Part shown: positions 19,287 to 29,204 of the stretch, piece after piece
Numbering within the stretch: the stretch's first letter is position 1
Layout: every line of letters starts with the position of its first letter
Origin: an uncultured Candidatus Saccharibacteria bacterium
GTDB lineage: Bacteria; Patescibacteriota; Dojkabacteria; SC72
Length of the DNA: 64,000 nt
Assembly: GCA_964560525.1 (NCBI GenBank)
Contig: CAZLLO010000001.1
Span: 78,651 to 142,650, forward strand
Direction of reading: 5' to 3'
Made by a program: the position numbers and the translations under genes
The notes under the pieces: generated by a model
Database searches by the model: none
The model's input: only the letters and a program-made list of their open reading frames with translations
What the model was told of the DNA's origin: nothing

Positions 19287-19859
19287 CTAAAATTCCTCAT
19301 TCATTAAATAATAGAAACCCTGGGCATGACCACATGATGGACACTCCTTAGGAGGCTCTTTTCCTACATATACATAACCACATTCGGAGCAAACCCATAT
19401 AACCTCAGAATCTTTCTTAAATATAGTACCATCTGTTAACACTGTATGAAGTTTTGTATATCTTTCTGCATGATGACCCTCAGCAACAGCTATAGATTCT
19501 AATCGCTTAGCAATATCCTCATACCCCTCTTCTCTTGCAATCTTGGCAAATTCAGGATACATCTCTTTGTTCTCATGCATCTCTCCATCAATTGCAGCCT
19601 TAAGATTCTCTTGTGTAGTACCTAATATAAAATTAGCCTCAGCCTCTACTTTCAAACTATTATTCCCCTCTTTCAAAGTCTGAATCATTTTCATTAACCA
19701 ATTAGCATGTTCTCTTTCCTGATTAGCCGTCATTTCAAATATCTGTGATATCTGGATATAGCCCTCTTTCCTTGCAATACTAGAATAGAAAGTATATCTA
19801 TTTCTAGCTTGGCTTTCTCCAATAAATGCTTTTGTTAGATTTTCTAAGGTTTTTGACAT
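19287..19859 (-). CDS. rbr: Rubrerythrin
   Basis: Ferritin-like diiron domain with E..H motifs. C-terminal rubredoxin-like CSECG...CPSCGH. Confidence 0.8.
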   Translation of the reverse strand: MSKTLENLTKAFIGESQARNRYTFYSSIARKEGYIQISQIFEMTANQEREHANWLMKMIQTLKEGNNSLKVEAEANFILGTTQENLKAAIDGEMHENKEMYPEFAKIAREEGYEDIAKRLESIAVAEGHHAERYTKLHTVLTDGTIFKKDSEVIWVCSECGYVYVGKEPPKECPSCGHAQGFYYLMNEEF

Positions 19860-19932
19860 AGTATTTTCCTCATAAATTATTAATTCATTTTACAGAATTC
19901 TGAACAAGATATACACTGTTAATAGAATTAAA

Positions 19933-20964
19933 TTGAAATCCCTTTCTATGACTCCAACACCAAAGGCTCCTCTCTCGATATTAGCATGTCAATCTGGATT
20001 AAGTTTTGCAAAAAGAATAGAAAAGGAATTAAAGAAAAAACATGGAGAAGAGGTACACCTCATAGACTCAGAGGAAATGCATTTTGCTAGCACTGAGTTA
20101 AAAACAGTTATCAATGAAAGTATTCGTGGAAAAGATGTTTTCATAATTCAGGATTGTGAGAACCACTACGAGGGACAATGTACAGATCAAAATTTGCGCG
20201 CTTTATATACTATGGTAGATGCATGTAGAAGATGTGATGCAGAAAGAATTACCGCAGTGTTACCATCATATCCATATGCTAGACAGGATAAGCAATCAGG
20301 GCGAGAGGGTATAACTGCAGCTAGAATAGCGTATGAATTAGAAGGAGATGGTAGCGTTGATCATATAGTCACAATTGACTTGCATAACTCAGCAATACAG
20401 GGATTTTTCAGAAGAGCAAAGATCGATAATCTAATGGGAGGTTATGTTTTAGTTCCAGTATTAAAGAAGATGATTGAAGACAAGGAGAATACTGTCATAA
20501 TGCCTACTGATTTAGGTGGAGCAAAACGCGCTAATCACTATGCCCAAGCATTAAGAACAGATATTGCATTTACATACAAAGCTAGAAACTATTGCAAAGC
20601 CAATACCGTAGATAGTATCTCTATTCTTGGTAATGTTAAAGGAAAAGATGTATATATCGTTGATGATATGATATGCACAGGAGGAACACTAGTTAAAGCA
20701 TTGGAAGAAACTAAAAATATGGGTGCTAAAAAGGTCATAGCTGTATGTACTCATGCGCTATTTAATGGACCTGCAGTTGAGAGATTTCAGGAAGCATATG
20801 AGAAAGGATATCTAGATATGGTCGTTGGAACAGATAGTACATACCATTCGAGAGAATTTCTTAAATCTACACCATGGTTTAAAGAGGTCTCAATTGCAAG
20901 CTATTTTGCAGAAACCATAAGTAGGGTAAATCAAAGGAAATCCATAACTGACCTATTTGATTAA
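19933..20964 (+). CDS. prs: Ribose-phosphate pyrophosphokinase (PRPP synthetase)
   Basis: RITAVLPSYPYARQDKQ; DLHNSAIQGFF; PRPP-binding loop VDDMICTGGTL. Confidence 0.75.
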   Translation: MKSLSMTPTPKAPLSILACQSGLSFAKRIEKELKKKHGEEVHLIDSEEMHFASTELKTVINESIRGKDVFIIQDCENHYEGQCTDQNLRALYTMVDACRRCDAERITAVLPSYPYARQDKQSGREGITAARIAYELEGDGSVDHIVTIDLHNSAIQGFFRRAKIDNLMGGYVLVPVLKKMIEDKENTVIMPTDLGGAKRANHYAQALRTDIAFTYKARNYCKANTVDSISILGNVKGKDVYIVDDMICTGGTLVKALEETKNMGAKKVIAVCTHALFNGPAVERFQEAYEKGYLDMVVGTDSTYHSREFLKSTPWFKEVSIASYFAETISRVNQRKSITDLFD

Positions 20965-22367
20965 ACTGGTTTGTCTGGATTCACAACTTCATGTTTACCA
21001 AAGAATTCTATAGCCATCCTTAGTTCTTCTTTGTCTTGAGCATATTCTTCAAGCGGAATTTTTTGTTCCCATGCTTCATATGCTTGCAAAACTGCCGTAG
21101 CTCCAGCTTTTGTTCCCATAGGGTGAGAATGTACGCCTGCTCCCATTGTGGTTATGAAATCTTGAGTTCCCATGGTATCTAAGAATTTTCCAATTAACAA
21201 AGGATTTAGGCCACCAGAAATAATAGGACACATCTTTTTCATTATTCTCCAATATCCCAAGTTACCGTAATCTTCTCCCTGAGATTCTTTTTGTATTGCT
21301 AATTGTAAGTCAGCATCTTTTTCTGGTATCTCGGACCATATTTGTTTAAAGTAATCCCCTTGTGAATACAATCTTAATGCATGATTTGCAGCCATTACAT
21401 CCTCTTTGGGAGAACCCGCCATCTTACCAATACCTGCAGTACCTGTGTGAATACCTGATGCTCCTGCTAATCTAGCGAATTTGGTTAATACAGAAACTGT
21501 GTACCCAATTGGATTTTCCTCTCTAGTAAATGCACCATGGCCAGCTCTGTGGAAATGAAGAAATACATTTGGATAGTGTCTTCTAATAGTTTGAATAGCC
21601 ATCCATCCCGCAGTAATACCATCTACTAAGAATGCATAACTTCCAGGCTTCATTACTGATTGGATATAGTCTGCACGTTTAAGCATAGTGTCATAATCGG
21701 GAGAAGAGATATTGAAGGAATGTACTTTAGTCTTGCCAGTTTCCTGCTCCACTCTATCCATAGCATGTCTTACATCTTGTACCATCCTATCGTAAGGGCA
21801 GAAATCTTGGTCAGCTTGTGGTTCATCATTTTTAACAAAATCTCCACCACCAGACCAAAAGTCATAGCACAGCTCAGCATATTCAGAAGACGTAAGTCCT
21901 ATCTTAGGTTTAATGATACTTCCGAATATTGGTCTTGTTGGAATATTTAGATATTTCCTCATATCATCTATGGTATATTCTGGGCCATCATACTGTACCA
22001 ACATTTGTGGTGGAAAATATACATCAAGTAACTTACAAACTTTAATACTTGCCATTCCAAATATATTTCCTGCTATGAATGTTATTATATTCTGAATATT
22101 TCCTCCCTTATCAAAGATTCTCCAAGGATATGCAATCCAAACTAAGTTTTGTGTTTCATCTATCCTATATACTAAAGCGTCTAAGCTTTGAGAGAATGGC
22201 GTTGCTGTACCTATCTTTACAAATGATCCTGTAGATGACTCAGCTGCCACTTCACTTGCTGCATCTTCAAGAGACATCCCTTCCTCTCCTTGTAACTTAA
22301 ACACAGCCAACATATATTGACCGTTAAACACATTAGGATTCCCTATTTGAATATATTCTTTTTGCAT
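20961..22367 (-). CDS. rbcL: Ribulose-1,5-bisphosphate carboxylase large subunit, form II/III-like bacterial/archaeal type
   Basis: 468 aa. Active-site residues are conserved. IKPKIGL carries K175. GGGDFVKNDE carries the carbamylated K201 and the metal ligands D203/E204. HFHRAGHGAF carries H294/R295. GTAGIGKMAG carries the loop-6 Lys. SGGLNP and GAGVHSHP are also present. Confidence 0.8.
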   Translation of the reverse strand: MQKEYIQIGNPNVFNGQYMLAVFKLQGEEGMSLEDAASEVAAESSTGSFVKIGTATPFSQSLDALVYRIDETQNLVWIAYPWRIFDKGGNIQNIITFIAGNIFGMASIKVCKLLDVYFPPQMLVQYDGPEYTIDDMRKYLNIPTRPIFGSIIKPKIGLTSSEYAELCYDFWSGGGDFVKNDEPQADQDFCPYDRMVQDVRHAMDRVEQETGKTKVHSFNISSPDYDTMLKRADYIQSVMKPGSYAFLVDGITAGWMAIQTIRRHYPNVFLHFHRAGHGAFTREENPIGYTVSVLTKFARLAGASGIHTGTAGIGKMAGSPKEDVMAANHALRLYSQGDYFKQIWSEIPEKDADLQLAIQKESQGEDYGNLGYWRIMKKMCPIISGGLNPLLIGKFLDTMGTQDFITTMGAGVHSHPMGTKAGATAVLQAYEAWEQKIPLEEYAQDKEELRMAIEFFGKHEVVNPDKPV

Positions 22368-22406
22368 TTTGGGCTTGGGACAGTTTAGTTATTAACTATA
22401 CAATAT

Positions 22407-23183
22407 CTAGTATTTGAATTCTATGTTTTGTCCACTATCCTTTATCATAGTAGCTCCATCCAAATTTCCACTAAATCTTTTTACATACTTTGTACCATCT
22501 TCAAATACCATTTCTATATCAAAAGACATACTAATATTTATATCCTCTGGTGTTACACCTGCATAGTCTAATACATTCGCGCTGTAAAAATGTCCTGTTT
22601 TATCCATGATAGAGGTATAGTTGAATTCCCCTAATTCTTTAAGAATTATTAAAAAATAAGGCATAGAGGTTCCACTGGAAGAGACTTCGTCATAGTAACC
22701 TGGGATTCCATCTACAACACTATACGTCAGTGTCTTACCACTGTCTTTCATATCCGCCGATCTTATGACTTCTTCCATGGGGCCTAAGATATAGTTATAA
22801 CCACCAAGAGTACTACTAATATGATCTGGTTTAATAATTACTACCTTTCCTTTTCTATAACCAGATACTTTAATATTCTTAACTGTTAGTTCTGTGATTT
22901 TGTCTATATGGTACAAATTTATAGTTGGCCATATTTTAATATGTGTAAGATTCATTGTTTTGCTTCCTTCTTCTGTGCTAAAGGATGATGCATATCCTGC
23001 GTTTTGCATTACAGAAACTTTTCTCTCAATCTCTTCTGAATTGACAACGGGTTTGTTACTATCAATTACATTTTTAACACCTGAAAATGTTGTCTTTACT
23101 AGAAAATATACGGGAACAACAAAAAGTATTATTGAAAAGATTAGGGCTATTATGATGAAGATCCTTTTTTTATTTTGTTCCAT
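22407..23183 (-). CDS. Hypothetical membrane-anchored extracytoplasmic protein
   Basis: Single N-terminal TM helix and no recognisable motif. Lies in the same operon-like run as rbcL. Confidence 0.3.
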   Translation of the reverse strand: MEQNKKRIFIIIALIFSIILFVVPVYFLVKTTFSGVKNVIDSNKPVVNSEEIERKVSVMQNAGYASSFSTEEGSKTMNLTHIKIWPTINLYHIDKITELTVKNIKVSGYRKGKVVIIKPDHISSTLGGYNYILGPMEEVIRSADMKDSGKTLTYSVVDGIPGYYDEVSSSGTSMPYFLIILKELGEFNYTSIMDKTGHFYSANVLDYAGVTPEDINISMSFDIEMVFEDGTKYVKRFSGNLDGATMIKDSGQNIEFKY

Positions 23184-23279
23184 CTATATACCGAAGAAAT
23201 TAATATTGAGGATATTTTAATCCTTTTCCTACATCTATTATATATTTTTCTGGGTCAAACTGTATATCAAAAGCCTTAT

Positions 23280-24074
23280 CTATGAATTTAACAACGTCTT
23301 GTGTAAACCTAAAATATTATCAAGAACCTTCTTGGGAACACCTACCTGATTAGTTACATTTTGTAGCTTACCAATTGCAGTACCCCATATATCACGGTAG
23401 TTTATTATCTCTTTCTCTGTAAGGCAGGAATTTGCTTCTTTGAAGTCTGCCAAATAACGATTCAATTGCCCATTTATCTTTCTTTGAGATTCCAAGTGTT
23501 TATACTTCGCATGCTCAGCTTCCTCAACACCATACGACCCAAAAAGGATATTAAATAGCTTTTTCTTTTTTGCAGATTCCATTTGTTCAAATTCAGCCGT
23601 TTCTGTCTTCTCAACGTCTCTTTTTAATTCAGAAAACGCATACATACAAAGTGCATTTTGAGACAAAAGCTTTGTTCTGTAATCAGGCATTAATTTTACA
23701 CAACGGCCATTCAATGCAATATTAATCTCCTCTGGACTACTTGAAGAATTAACTCTTAGCGGATCTTTCTTCTGTTCTTCTTCTAATACGGCTCTATCAA
23801 AAATTCCTAAAGCTTCAACTGAGTTTGGATCATGTATACCATTGCCATAGAGTGTAACAATCGGGAGTGTAAGTGCATAATATGAAAGCAGGCTCTTTTG
23901 CCAAACAGTTGGAAACGCTTCTACCATTCTATCTACATATTCCTGATATTTTTCTCCCTCTCTTACATCTGTATCAATAGCTACTTTAGGATTAACAAAG
24001 TCGAAATATGATGAGTCTATTCCGCTTGCAATATTCTCAGGAAGTTTCAAAGCTCCCGATTCAGATAGTTCCAT
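23280..24074 (-). CDS. Hypothetical protein
   Basis: 264 aa ORF co-directional with ddl and rbcL. No recognisable motif. Confidence 0.3.
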   Translation of the reverse strand: MELSESGALKLPENIASGIDSSYFDFVNPKVAIDTDVREGEKYQEYVDRMVEAFPTVWQKSLLSYYALTLPIVTLYGNGIHDPNSVEALGIFDRAVLEEEQKKDPLRVNSSSSPEEINIALNGRCVKLMPDYRTKLLSQNALCMYAFSELKRDVEKTETAEFEQMESAKKKKLFNILFGSYGVEEAEHAKYKHLESQRKINGQLNRYLADFKEANSCLTEKEIINYRDIWGTAIGKLQNVTNQVGVPKKVLDNILGLHKTLLNS

Positions 24075-24085
24075 ATATGCTAATA

Positions 24086-25036
24086 TTAATTTATATTTCT
24101 TAACAATATATCTCCAAACTCTTCCAATTTCCCGATAGCTTTCAGCTGTTGAGGCAATAGACTTGTTTTAGACATACCAGGAAGTGAATTAGTTTCAAGA
24201 TAGTAAATCTTCCCATCTTTACCTATTATCATGTCAGTTCTGGAGTAACAACCAAGATTTAACCTCTTGTGAATATTAATGCTCATCCTCTTTACCATAT
24301 TCATAACTTCTTCAGATATTCTTGCTGGAGTTATTTCATTAGAACCCCCATTTGTATACTTTGACTTGTAATCAAAGAATTCTCCCTTGGGAAGAATTTC
24401 TGTCGCTGGAAGATCTAGATACTTTCCTTTGTCACATACTGTTCCTATAGAAATCTCCGTTCCCTCAATACATGGTTGTACCAAATATGTATCAGGAGAC
24501 AATGTATCGACAATATTGGCTAATTCTTTTTCATTCTTTATTTTGTATATACCCACGCTGGAACCTTTTGCATTAGGTTTTAGAAAAAGGGGATAGTTCC
24601 ATCGCATTGAAATAATCTCACGAATCAAAGCTTCTCTATCCTCACTAGAACCTTTTACGGTAATATTTTTTGTTGGGATAATATCAATTAGGTCTTTAAC
24701 CACCTCTTGTGAAGCAATTTTATCCATTGAAAGTTTTGCAGATTTAGAAGAAGGACCTGTGAATGGAATCTTTGCCTCTTCGAGGTATTCCTGAATCCAA
24801 CCGTCTTCACAAAACTCACCATGCATTGCATTCACAAACACTCCATTTTGATCTTTTAAATACTTCAGGAAACCTTTCAAATCAAATACTCTCTCTCCAA
24901 TTACAAAAGATTTATCTTTTTTCCATTCAACAAGAATTGGATTATATTTCTGAAGTAGCTCAAAAAAGAGATCTTTACTTGCACAAGACACCTCATTTTC
25001 TGAAGAAGGTCCCCCGTAAACAATATATGGTGTCAT
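24086..25036 (-). CDS. ddl: D-alanine--D-alanine ligase (ATP-grasp)
   Basis: N-terminus VYGGPSSENEVS. ATP-grasp motifs FLKPNAKGSSVGIYKI, EISIGTV and LETNSLPGMS. Confidence 0.75.
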   Translation of the reverse strand: MTPYIVYGGPSSENEVSCASKDLFFELLQKYNPILVEWKKDKSFVIGERVFDLKGFLKYLKDQNGVFVNAMHGEFCEDGWIQEYLEEAKIPFTGPSSKSAKLSMDKIASQEVVKDLIDIIPTKNITVKGSSEDREALIREIISMRWNYPLFLKPNAKGSSVGIYKIKNEKELANIVDTLSPDTYLVQPCIEGTEISIGTVCDKGKYLDLPATEILPKGEFFDYKSKYTNGGSNEITPARISEEVMNMVKRMSINIHKRLNLGCYSRTDMIIGKDGKIYYLETNSLPGMSKTSLLPQQLKAIGKLEEFGDILLRNIN

Positions 25037-25058
25037 AGTAAGTTATTACATTTTAATA

Positions 25059-25132
25059 TCGGGGCGACACGACTTGAACGTGCGACCTCTTGCACCCCAT
25101 GCAAGCGCTCTAGCCAACTGAACTACGCCCCG
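25059..25132 (-). tRNA. tRNA-Pro (anticodon GGG)
   Basis: Read on the minus strand: CGGGGCG-TA-GTTC-AGTTGGCTA-GAGC-G-CTTGC-ATGGGGT-GCAAG-AGGTC-GCACG-TTCAAGT-CGTGT-CGCCCCG. The acceptor has 7 bp, and D-arm, anticodon arm and T-loop are canonical. CCA is not encoded. Confidence 0.8.
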
Positions 25133-25149
25133 TAATTAGGAATATTTTA

Positions 25150-25731
25150 CTACAAACCTAATTCAGGCGCATTAGCCTTCATCGCATCTAAAGCTATCTC
25201 TACAAATTCTTCTAAAGACAATCCTGCTTTCTCGATATCCTGTATCAAATCTCTCCTCACAGCCTTAGCAAACTCTTTTTTCTTTAGTTTTCTTAAAACA
25301 GTATCTGGAGTTACAGTCGCTATCTTTTTATCTGGCATAACTAAAGCACAAGCCACCAAAAAGCCAGACAAATTCTCAGAAGCAGACAAAGCATAGTCTA
25401 AACTATTTTCTCGATTTTCAGGCACCCTAGGGTTCTCTTCATAGTGTGCTTTTATCGCGTGATATACATCGCTATCAATATCCTTTCCTATTTCTAAGTT
25501 CTCCTTCTTTAAAATATCATCAAATTCAACAACATGCCTGGCTGGATCTTTTCCAACATAATCAAAATCCAAATCATGAAGTAATCCCGCCAAACCCCAT
25601 TTCTCCTCATGACCACCTAATCTATTTGCAACTGCCTGCATAATTATTTCACTCTCTCTCATATGCAACTTAAGCCATGGTGTAGTCACATACTTATTCA
25701 ACAGTTCCATACACTTTTCTCTATTAATCAT
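25150..25731 (-). CDS. HD-domain phosphohydrolase
   Basis: H...HD...D pattern, with LLHDLD. 193 aa. Confidence 0.5.
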   Translation of the reverse strand: MINREKCMELLNKYVTTPWLKLHMRESEIIMQAVANRLGGHEEKWGLAGLLHDLDFDYVGKDPARHVVEFDDILKKENLEIGKDIDSDVYHAIKAHYEENPRVPENRENSLDYALSASENLSGFLVACALVMPDKKIATVTPDTVLRKLKKKEFAKAVRRDLIQDIEKAGLSLEEFVEIALDAMKANAPELGL

Positions 25732-25749
25732 AATTTTGATATTAAAATT

Positions 25750-26160
25750 TTAACTAATTAAGCCAATTTCTTCTAATCTCTCCTTTAACTGTTTTGCATT
25801 TTCAAATTTAATACTCTTCATTCCAAATTTCTCACCCAGTAAAAGATTTTTCTTATCATCATCCACATATACAACCTCATTACCTTGCTGGTTAATAATT
25901 CGAAGCATATTTTTGTACGCAAAAGGTATGAATTTAGGAAGATTAGTGTCTTCAGTAAGAATAATTTTGTTAAAATATTTTAGAAACTCATATTCAGTAT
26001 CAAACTTTAACATTTTTGATTTTAAGGTATTTGAAAAGAGGAAAAGGGAAAATCCAAAGTCATGAAGCGATTTTATGAGAGCAACCATTTCTGGATCTAT
26101 CTTGTGTTCTCTTGTATTTAGTATGACTCCGTTAAAATCAAAAACAATTGCTTTAACCAA
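25750..26160 (-). CDS. HAD-superfamily hydrolase-like protein (short)
   Basis: N-terminal motif I VFDFNGVIL (DxN variant). 136 aa. Confidence 0.4.
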   Translation of the reverse strand: MVKAIVFDFNGVILNTREHKIDPEMVALIKSLHDFGFSLFLFSNTLKSKMLKFDTEYEFLKYFNKIILTEDTNLPKFIPFAYKNMLRIINQQGNEVVYVDDDKKNLLLGEKFGMKSIKFENAKQLKERLEEIGLIS

Positions 26161-26172
26161 TATTAAATAACT

Positions 26173-27198
26173 TTAAAGTTTAATTTCTAATACAACCTGA
26201 TTAGGACCCGTACTTGCACTCAATTTGTAGCTAAGATTGCTACTGATACCTTTAAACGTATAAATACTACTATCACCTGATTTCGCAGATGCAATACTAA
26301 TACCACCTGGAAGAGTCTTTCCATTAACTGCGCTTACTACTTTATCAACACTTAGACTTGCAAATGTAACCACTAACTGATTACTAGCATCATATGCTGC
26401 AGAAACAGTTGGAATTGGATTCGTATCAGTGCTACTCACACTCCACACAAATTTGACAACTCCAGATGCACTGCTGTATGAATAAGATGCAACAGTAGCC
26501 TTGACATCTTTTTGTACTCCTGTAATTGATTGAGCTTCGGTACTAAATTCAGTACTACCCAAATCTACAACGGAGGTACCCTCCCCTGGATATTGGACTG
26601 AGAGTGTGACATACCAAGATTCATCGTTATTTCCCAATTCGGCACTTAATTTAAATGGTGTTTGATTTGAGATCCCAACATCATATATTTCACCCTCAAA
26701 ACTACTTGAGACATTATGGTAGAGTCTTAAAACGCCCTCTTTATTAACATTGATTGATTTCTGATATCCTAAACCACCATTATCTTTAGTAACATCATTG
26801 AAGCTTAATCTAATAACTCCAGAAGATGCAAGATATTCAGCAGTAACATATGGGGAATCCATATGATCAGAAGTAATCTTAAACCTAAATTCATGATAGC
26901 TCGTAGTACTTGTATTAGATATTTCATCTATGGTTAAACTTGCAACACCATTCGTATCCATTCCAATTTCTTGTTTGTTGGTGGAGAAGCCTGTCAAAGG
27001 CTGTGGTGCAACATTTGCATCATCCTTATCTGCAATATCACTCGTATTAGTCTTGGTATTCGTATCGTCAGTTTGGGTATTATTGGTGTCATTATTTGTA
27101 TTCGTAGGGACATCATCATGTTTTCTAAAGAATATGAAATATACCGATACTCCAACAACTATCGGTAATACAAAAAACCATATGATTTTCTTTATCAT
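26173..27198 (-). CDS. Cell-surface protein with an N-terminal anchor and a Thr/Asn-rich low-complexity linker
   Basis: N-terminal TM helix. TNTNNDTNNTQTDDTNTKTNTSD linker, followed by a beta-rich domain. Confidence 0.35.
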   Translation of the reverse strand: MIKKIIWFFVLPIVVGVSVYFIFFRKHDDVPTNTNNDTNNTQTDDTNTKTNTSDIADKDDANVAPQPLTGFSTNKQEIGMDTNGVASLTIDEISNTSTTSYHEFRFKITSDHMDSPYVTAEYLASSGVIRLSFNDVTKDNGGLGYQKSINVNKEGVLRLYHNVSSSFEGEIYDVGISNQTPFKLSAELGNNDESWYVTLSVQYPGEGTSVVDLGSTEFSTEAQSITGVQKDVKATVASYSYSSASGVVKFVWSVSSTDTNPIPTVSAAYDASNQLVVTFASLSVDKVVSAVNGKTLPGGISIASAKSGDSSIYTFKGISSNLSYKLSASTGPNQVVLEIKL

Positions 27199-27305
27199 AT
27201 TATTTTCTTAAAATCTTATTACATACAATATACCTAATTTAGGAGCTGATTTAAATCTCTATATGGTTGTGCTACTATTTATCCAGATACATTTAAACAA
27301 CTGCC

Positions 27306-28607
27306 ATGAAAAAAGAAATAAATATTTCTGATAGCGGAAAAACAGAAATCCTTGAAACAAAGAAACTTGAGGTTCCTACAATTCCTGCAGGGTCATCAGA
27401 AGAGATCGTACCGAAAGAAAAAGAACAACCTTCTTTAGTATTAGAGAAGCCTAAATTCAATTTCAAAGTTTTAATATTTCCAATAATTGCAGTATTAACA
27501 CTAGGAGGACTTGCAGCATTTTACTACTTTGGTATTTACAAGTTACAAACCAAGCCATTAAATAATGTTCTAACATTTAACAAAGACTACATATATTCAC
27601 AAGCAGAGGATAGAAATTTCACATCTGCCCTTCCATTGCTTTCTGCACCTCAAGAACCAAGAACAGAACAAAGTCCATTGAATGGTTTACTGTTTACTAA
27701 GACTGAAATGGATGTAATGAAAACTCATAGACCTGTTGCCGTTATGACAAATAACCATTCAGATGCAAGACCATTATCTGGGACGAATAGTGCAGATGTT
27801 GTAATAGAAGCAAATGCAGAGGGAGGAATTACAAGATTGATGGCAATTTATTGGAGTACAGCACCTAAGAAAGTTGGACCTATTCGAAGTATTAGGCAAT
27901 ACTATCTTGAATGGGCAAGTGAGTATGATCCGCTTATAATTCACGATGGTTGTGCATCTTCAGATGATCCTAGAACCAATGCTTGTGGCAATCTCTACTT
28001 CTATGGTGTTAAAGATTTGGCAACAATCGGAGCATGGAGATGGAATGATGGAAGAAGGTATGCTCCACACAATGAATATAGCTCTGTAACCTACGCTTGG
28101 GAATATGCAAAGAAAGTTAACTGGGATAGCTTCCCTACAAATTTTGAAACTTGGAAATTCAAACCTGATGCTACCCTATCTGAAAGAGGTGCAAAAACTC
28201 AAGTTGAACTAACATTCCACAAAAGACTAATTAACAGTGGTTTATACAACGTTATATGGACATATGATAAATCAACTAACACATACCTCAGGAAAGTCGG
28301 TGGTAAGGCAGATATCGATCAGGAAACAAATACACAGGTCTATGCAAAAAATATAGTTGTGCAAGAAGTCTCTATGGTTCAATCTGGAGATTCCAAGGGA
28401 CACCTAATAATTACAACTATTGGCCAAGGTGATGCATCATATCTAATCGATGGGAAGATAACTAATGGTACATGGAAGAAAACATCTAGAACGGATAGAA
28501 CAACATACTATGATAGCGAGGGAAAAGAGATGGAATTTAATAGAGGAAGAATATGGGTCGAGATGATTGGTACTTCTGATGGAAAATTTGCTATAATTGA
28601 GCAATAA
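27306..28607 (+). CDS. Membrane-anchored extracytoplasmic protein, DUF3048 (YerB)-like
   Basis: TM helix at about residues 55-75, followed by a roughly 350-aa domain. Resemblance to YerB-family lipoproteins is recalled from memory and was not verified. Confidence 0.3.
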   Translation: MKKEINISDSGKTEILETKKLEVPTIPAGSSEEIVPKEKEQPSLVLEKPKFNFKVLIFPIIAVLTLGGLAAFYYFGIYKLQTKPLNNVLTFNKDYIYSQAEDRNFTSALPLLSAPQEPRTEQSPLNGLLFTKTEMDVMKTHRPVAVMTNNHSDARPLSGTNSADVVIEANAEGGITRLMAIYWSTAPKKVGPIRSIRQYYLEWASEYDPLIIHDGCASSDDPRTNACGNLYFYGVKDLATIGAWRWNDGRRYAPHNEYSSVTYAWEYAKKVNWDSFPTNFETWKFKPDATLSERGAKTQVELTFHKRLINSGLYNVIWTYDKSTNTYLRKVGGKADIDQETNTQVYAKNIVVQEVSMVQSGDSKGHLIITTIGQGDASYLIDGKITNGTWKKTSRTDRTTYYDSEGKEMEFNRGRIWVEMIGTSDGKFAIIEQ

Positions 28608-28628
28608 TATTAAGCAGGTTGGGGAACT

Positions 28629-29201
28629 ATGCTAAAAAATCTTTTTATCTCAAAAGTGAGGGTTCGAATCCTCGAGCAGTATATGCTAAATCTAAACGCC
28701 TCTTTTCATGTTAGAGGTTTAGTTAGAGTCTTGGACGAAGAGATTAATGCAGTTAGAAGAGAGCTTTTGAATCTTCAGGATGCAGGACTTCTTAAGTCTA
28801 AGAAAGACGGAAATAAGCTTGTATACAAATTAAACAAAGATTGCCCTATTATCTGGGAACTTAGATCTATTTTCTACAAAGAAGCTCCTATTGGGAGAGC
28901 AATACTAAAAGCTATTGATGGAATTGAAGGAATACAGTTAGTTGTCTTAACTGATAGCTTCATTAATAATCGATACCTTAATCCAACGGATGTAGATTTC
29001 ATCTTCATTGGAAATATGAAAGTAAAAGAGCTTTCAAATGCTATTAGCCAATTAGAAAAAGAGCAGGAGAGACAGATACGATTTAGCGCTATAACAAAGG
29101 AAGATTTTGACTTTGCTAGAAAAAAGAAAGAACCTTTCTTGATGAATATCCTAGAAAACGATAAGATAGTCATGTTCGGACAGATATCTGACTTACTTTA
29201 A
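28629..29201 (+). CDS. Winged-helix DNA-binding protein with an uncharacterised C-terminal domain
   Basis: The first 65 residues resemble an ArsR/MarR-type wHTH (VRVLDEEINAVRRELLNLQDAGLL...KDGNKLVYKLN). First gene of a tightly spaced operon. Confidence 0.35.
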   Translation: MLKNLFISKVRVRILEQYMLNLNASFHVRGLVRVLDEEINAVRRELLNLQDAGLLKSKKDGNKLVYKLNKDCPIIWELRSIFYKEAPIGRAILKAIDGIEGIQLVVLTDSFINNRYLNPTDVDFIFIGNMKVKELSNAISQLEKEQERQIRFSAITKEDFDFARKKKEPFLMNILENDKIVMFGQISDLL

Positions 29202-29204
29202 TAC

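Noticed and set aside
21660-22095. Plus-strand ORFs (96 and 60 aa) inside rbcL
   Set aside because: They are antisense to a RuBisCO gene with full active-site motif conservation.
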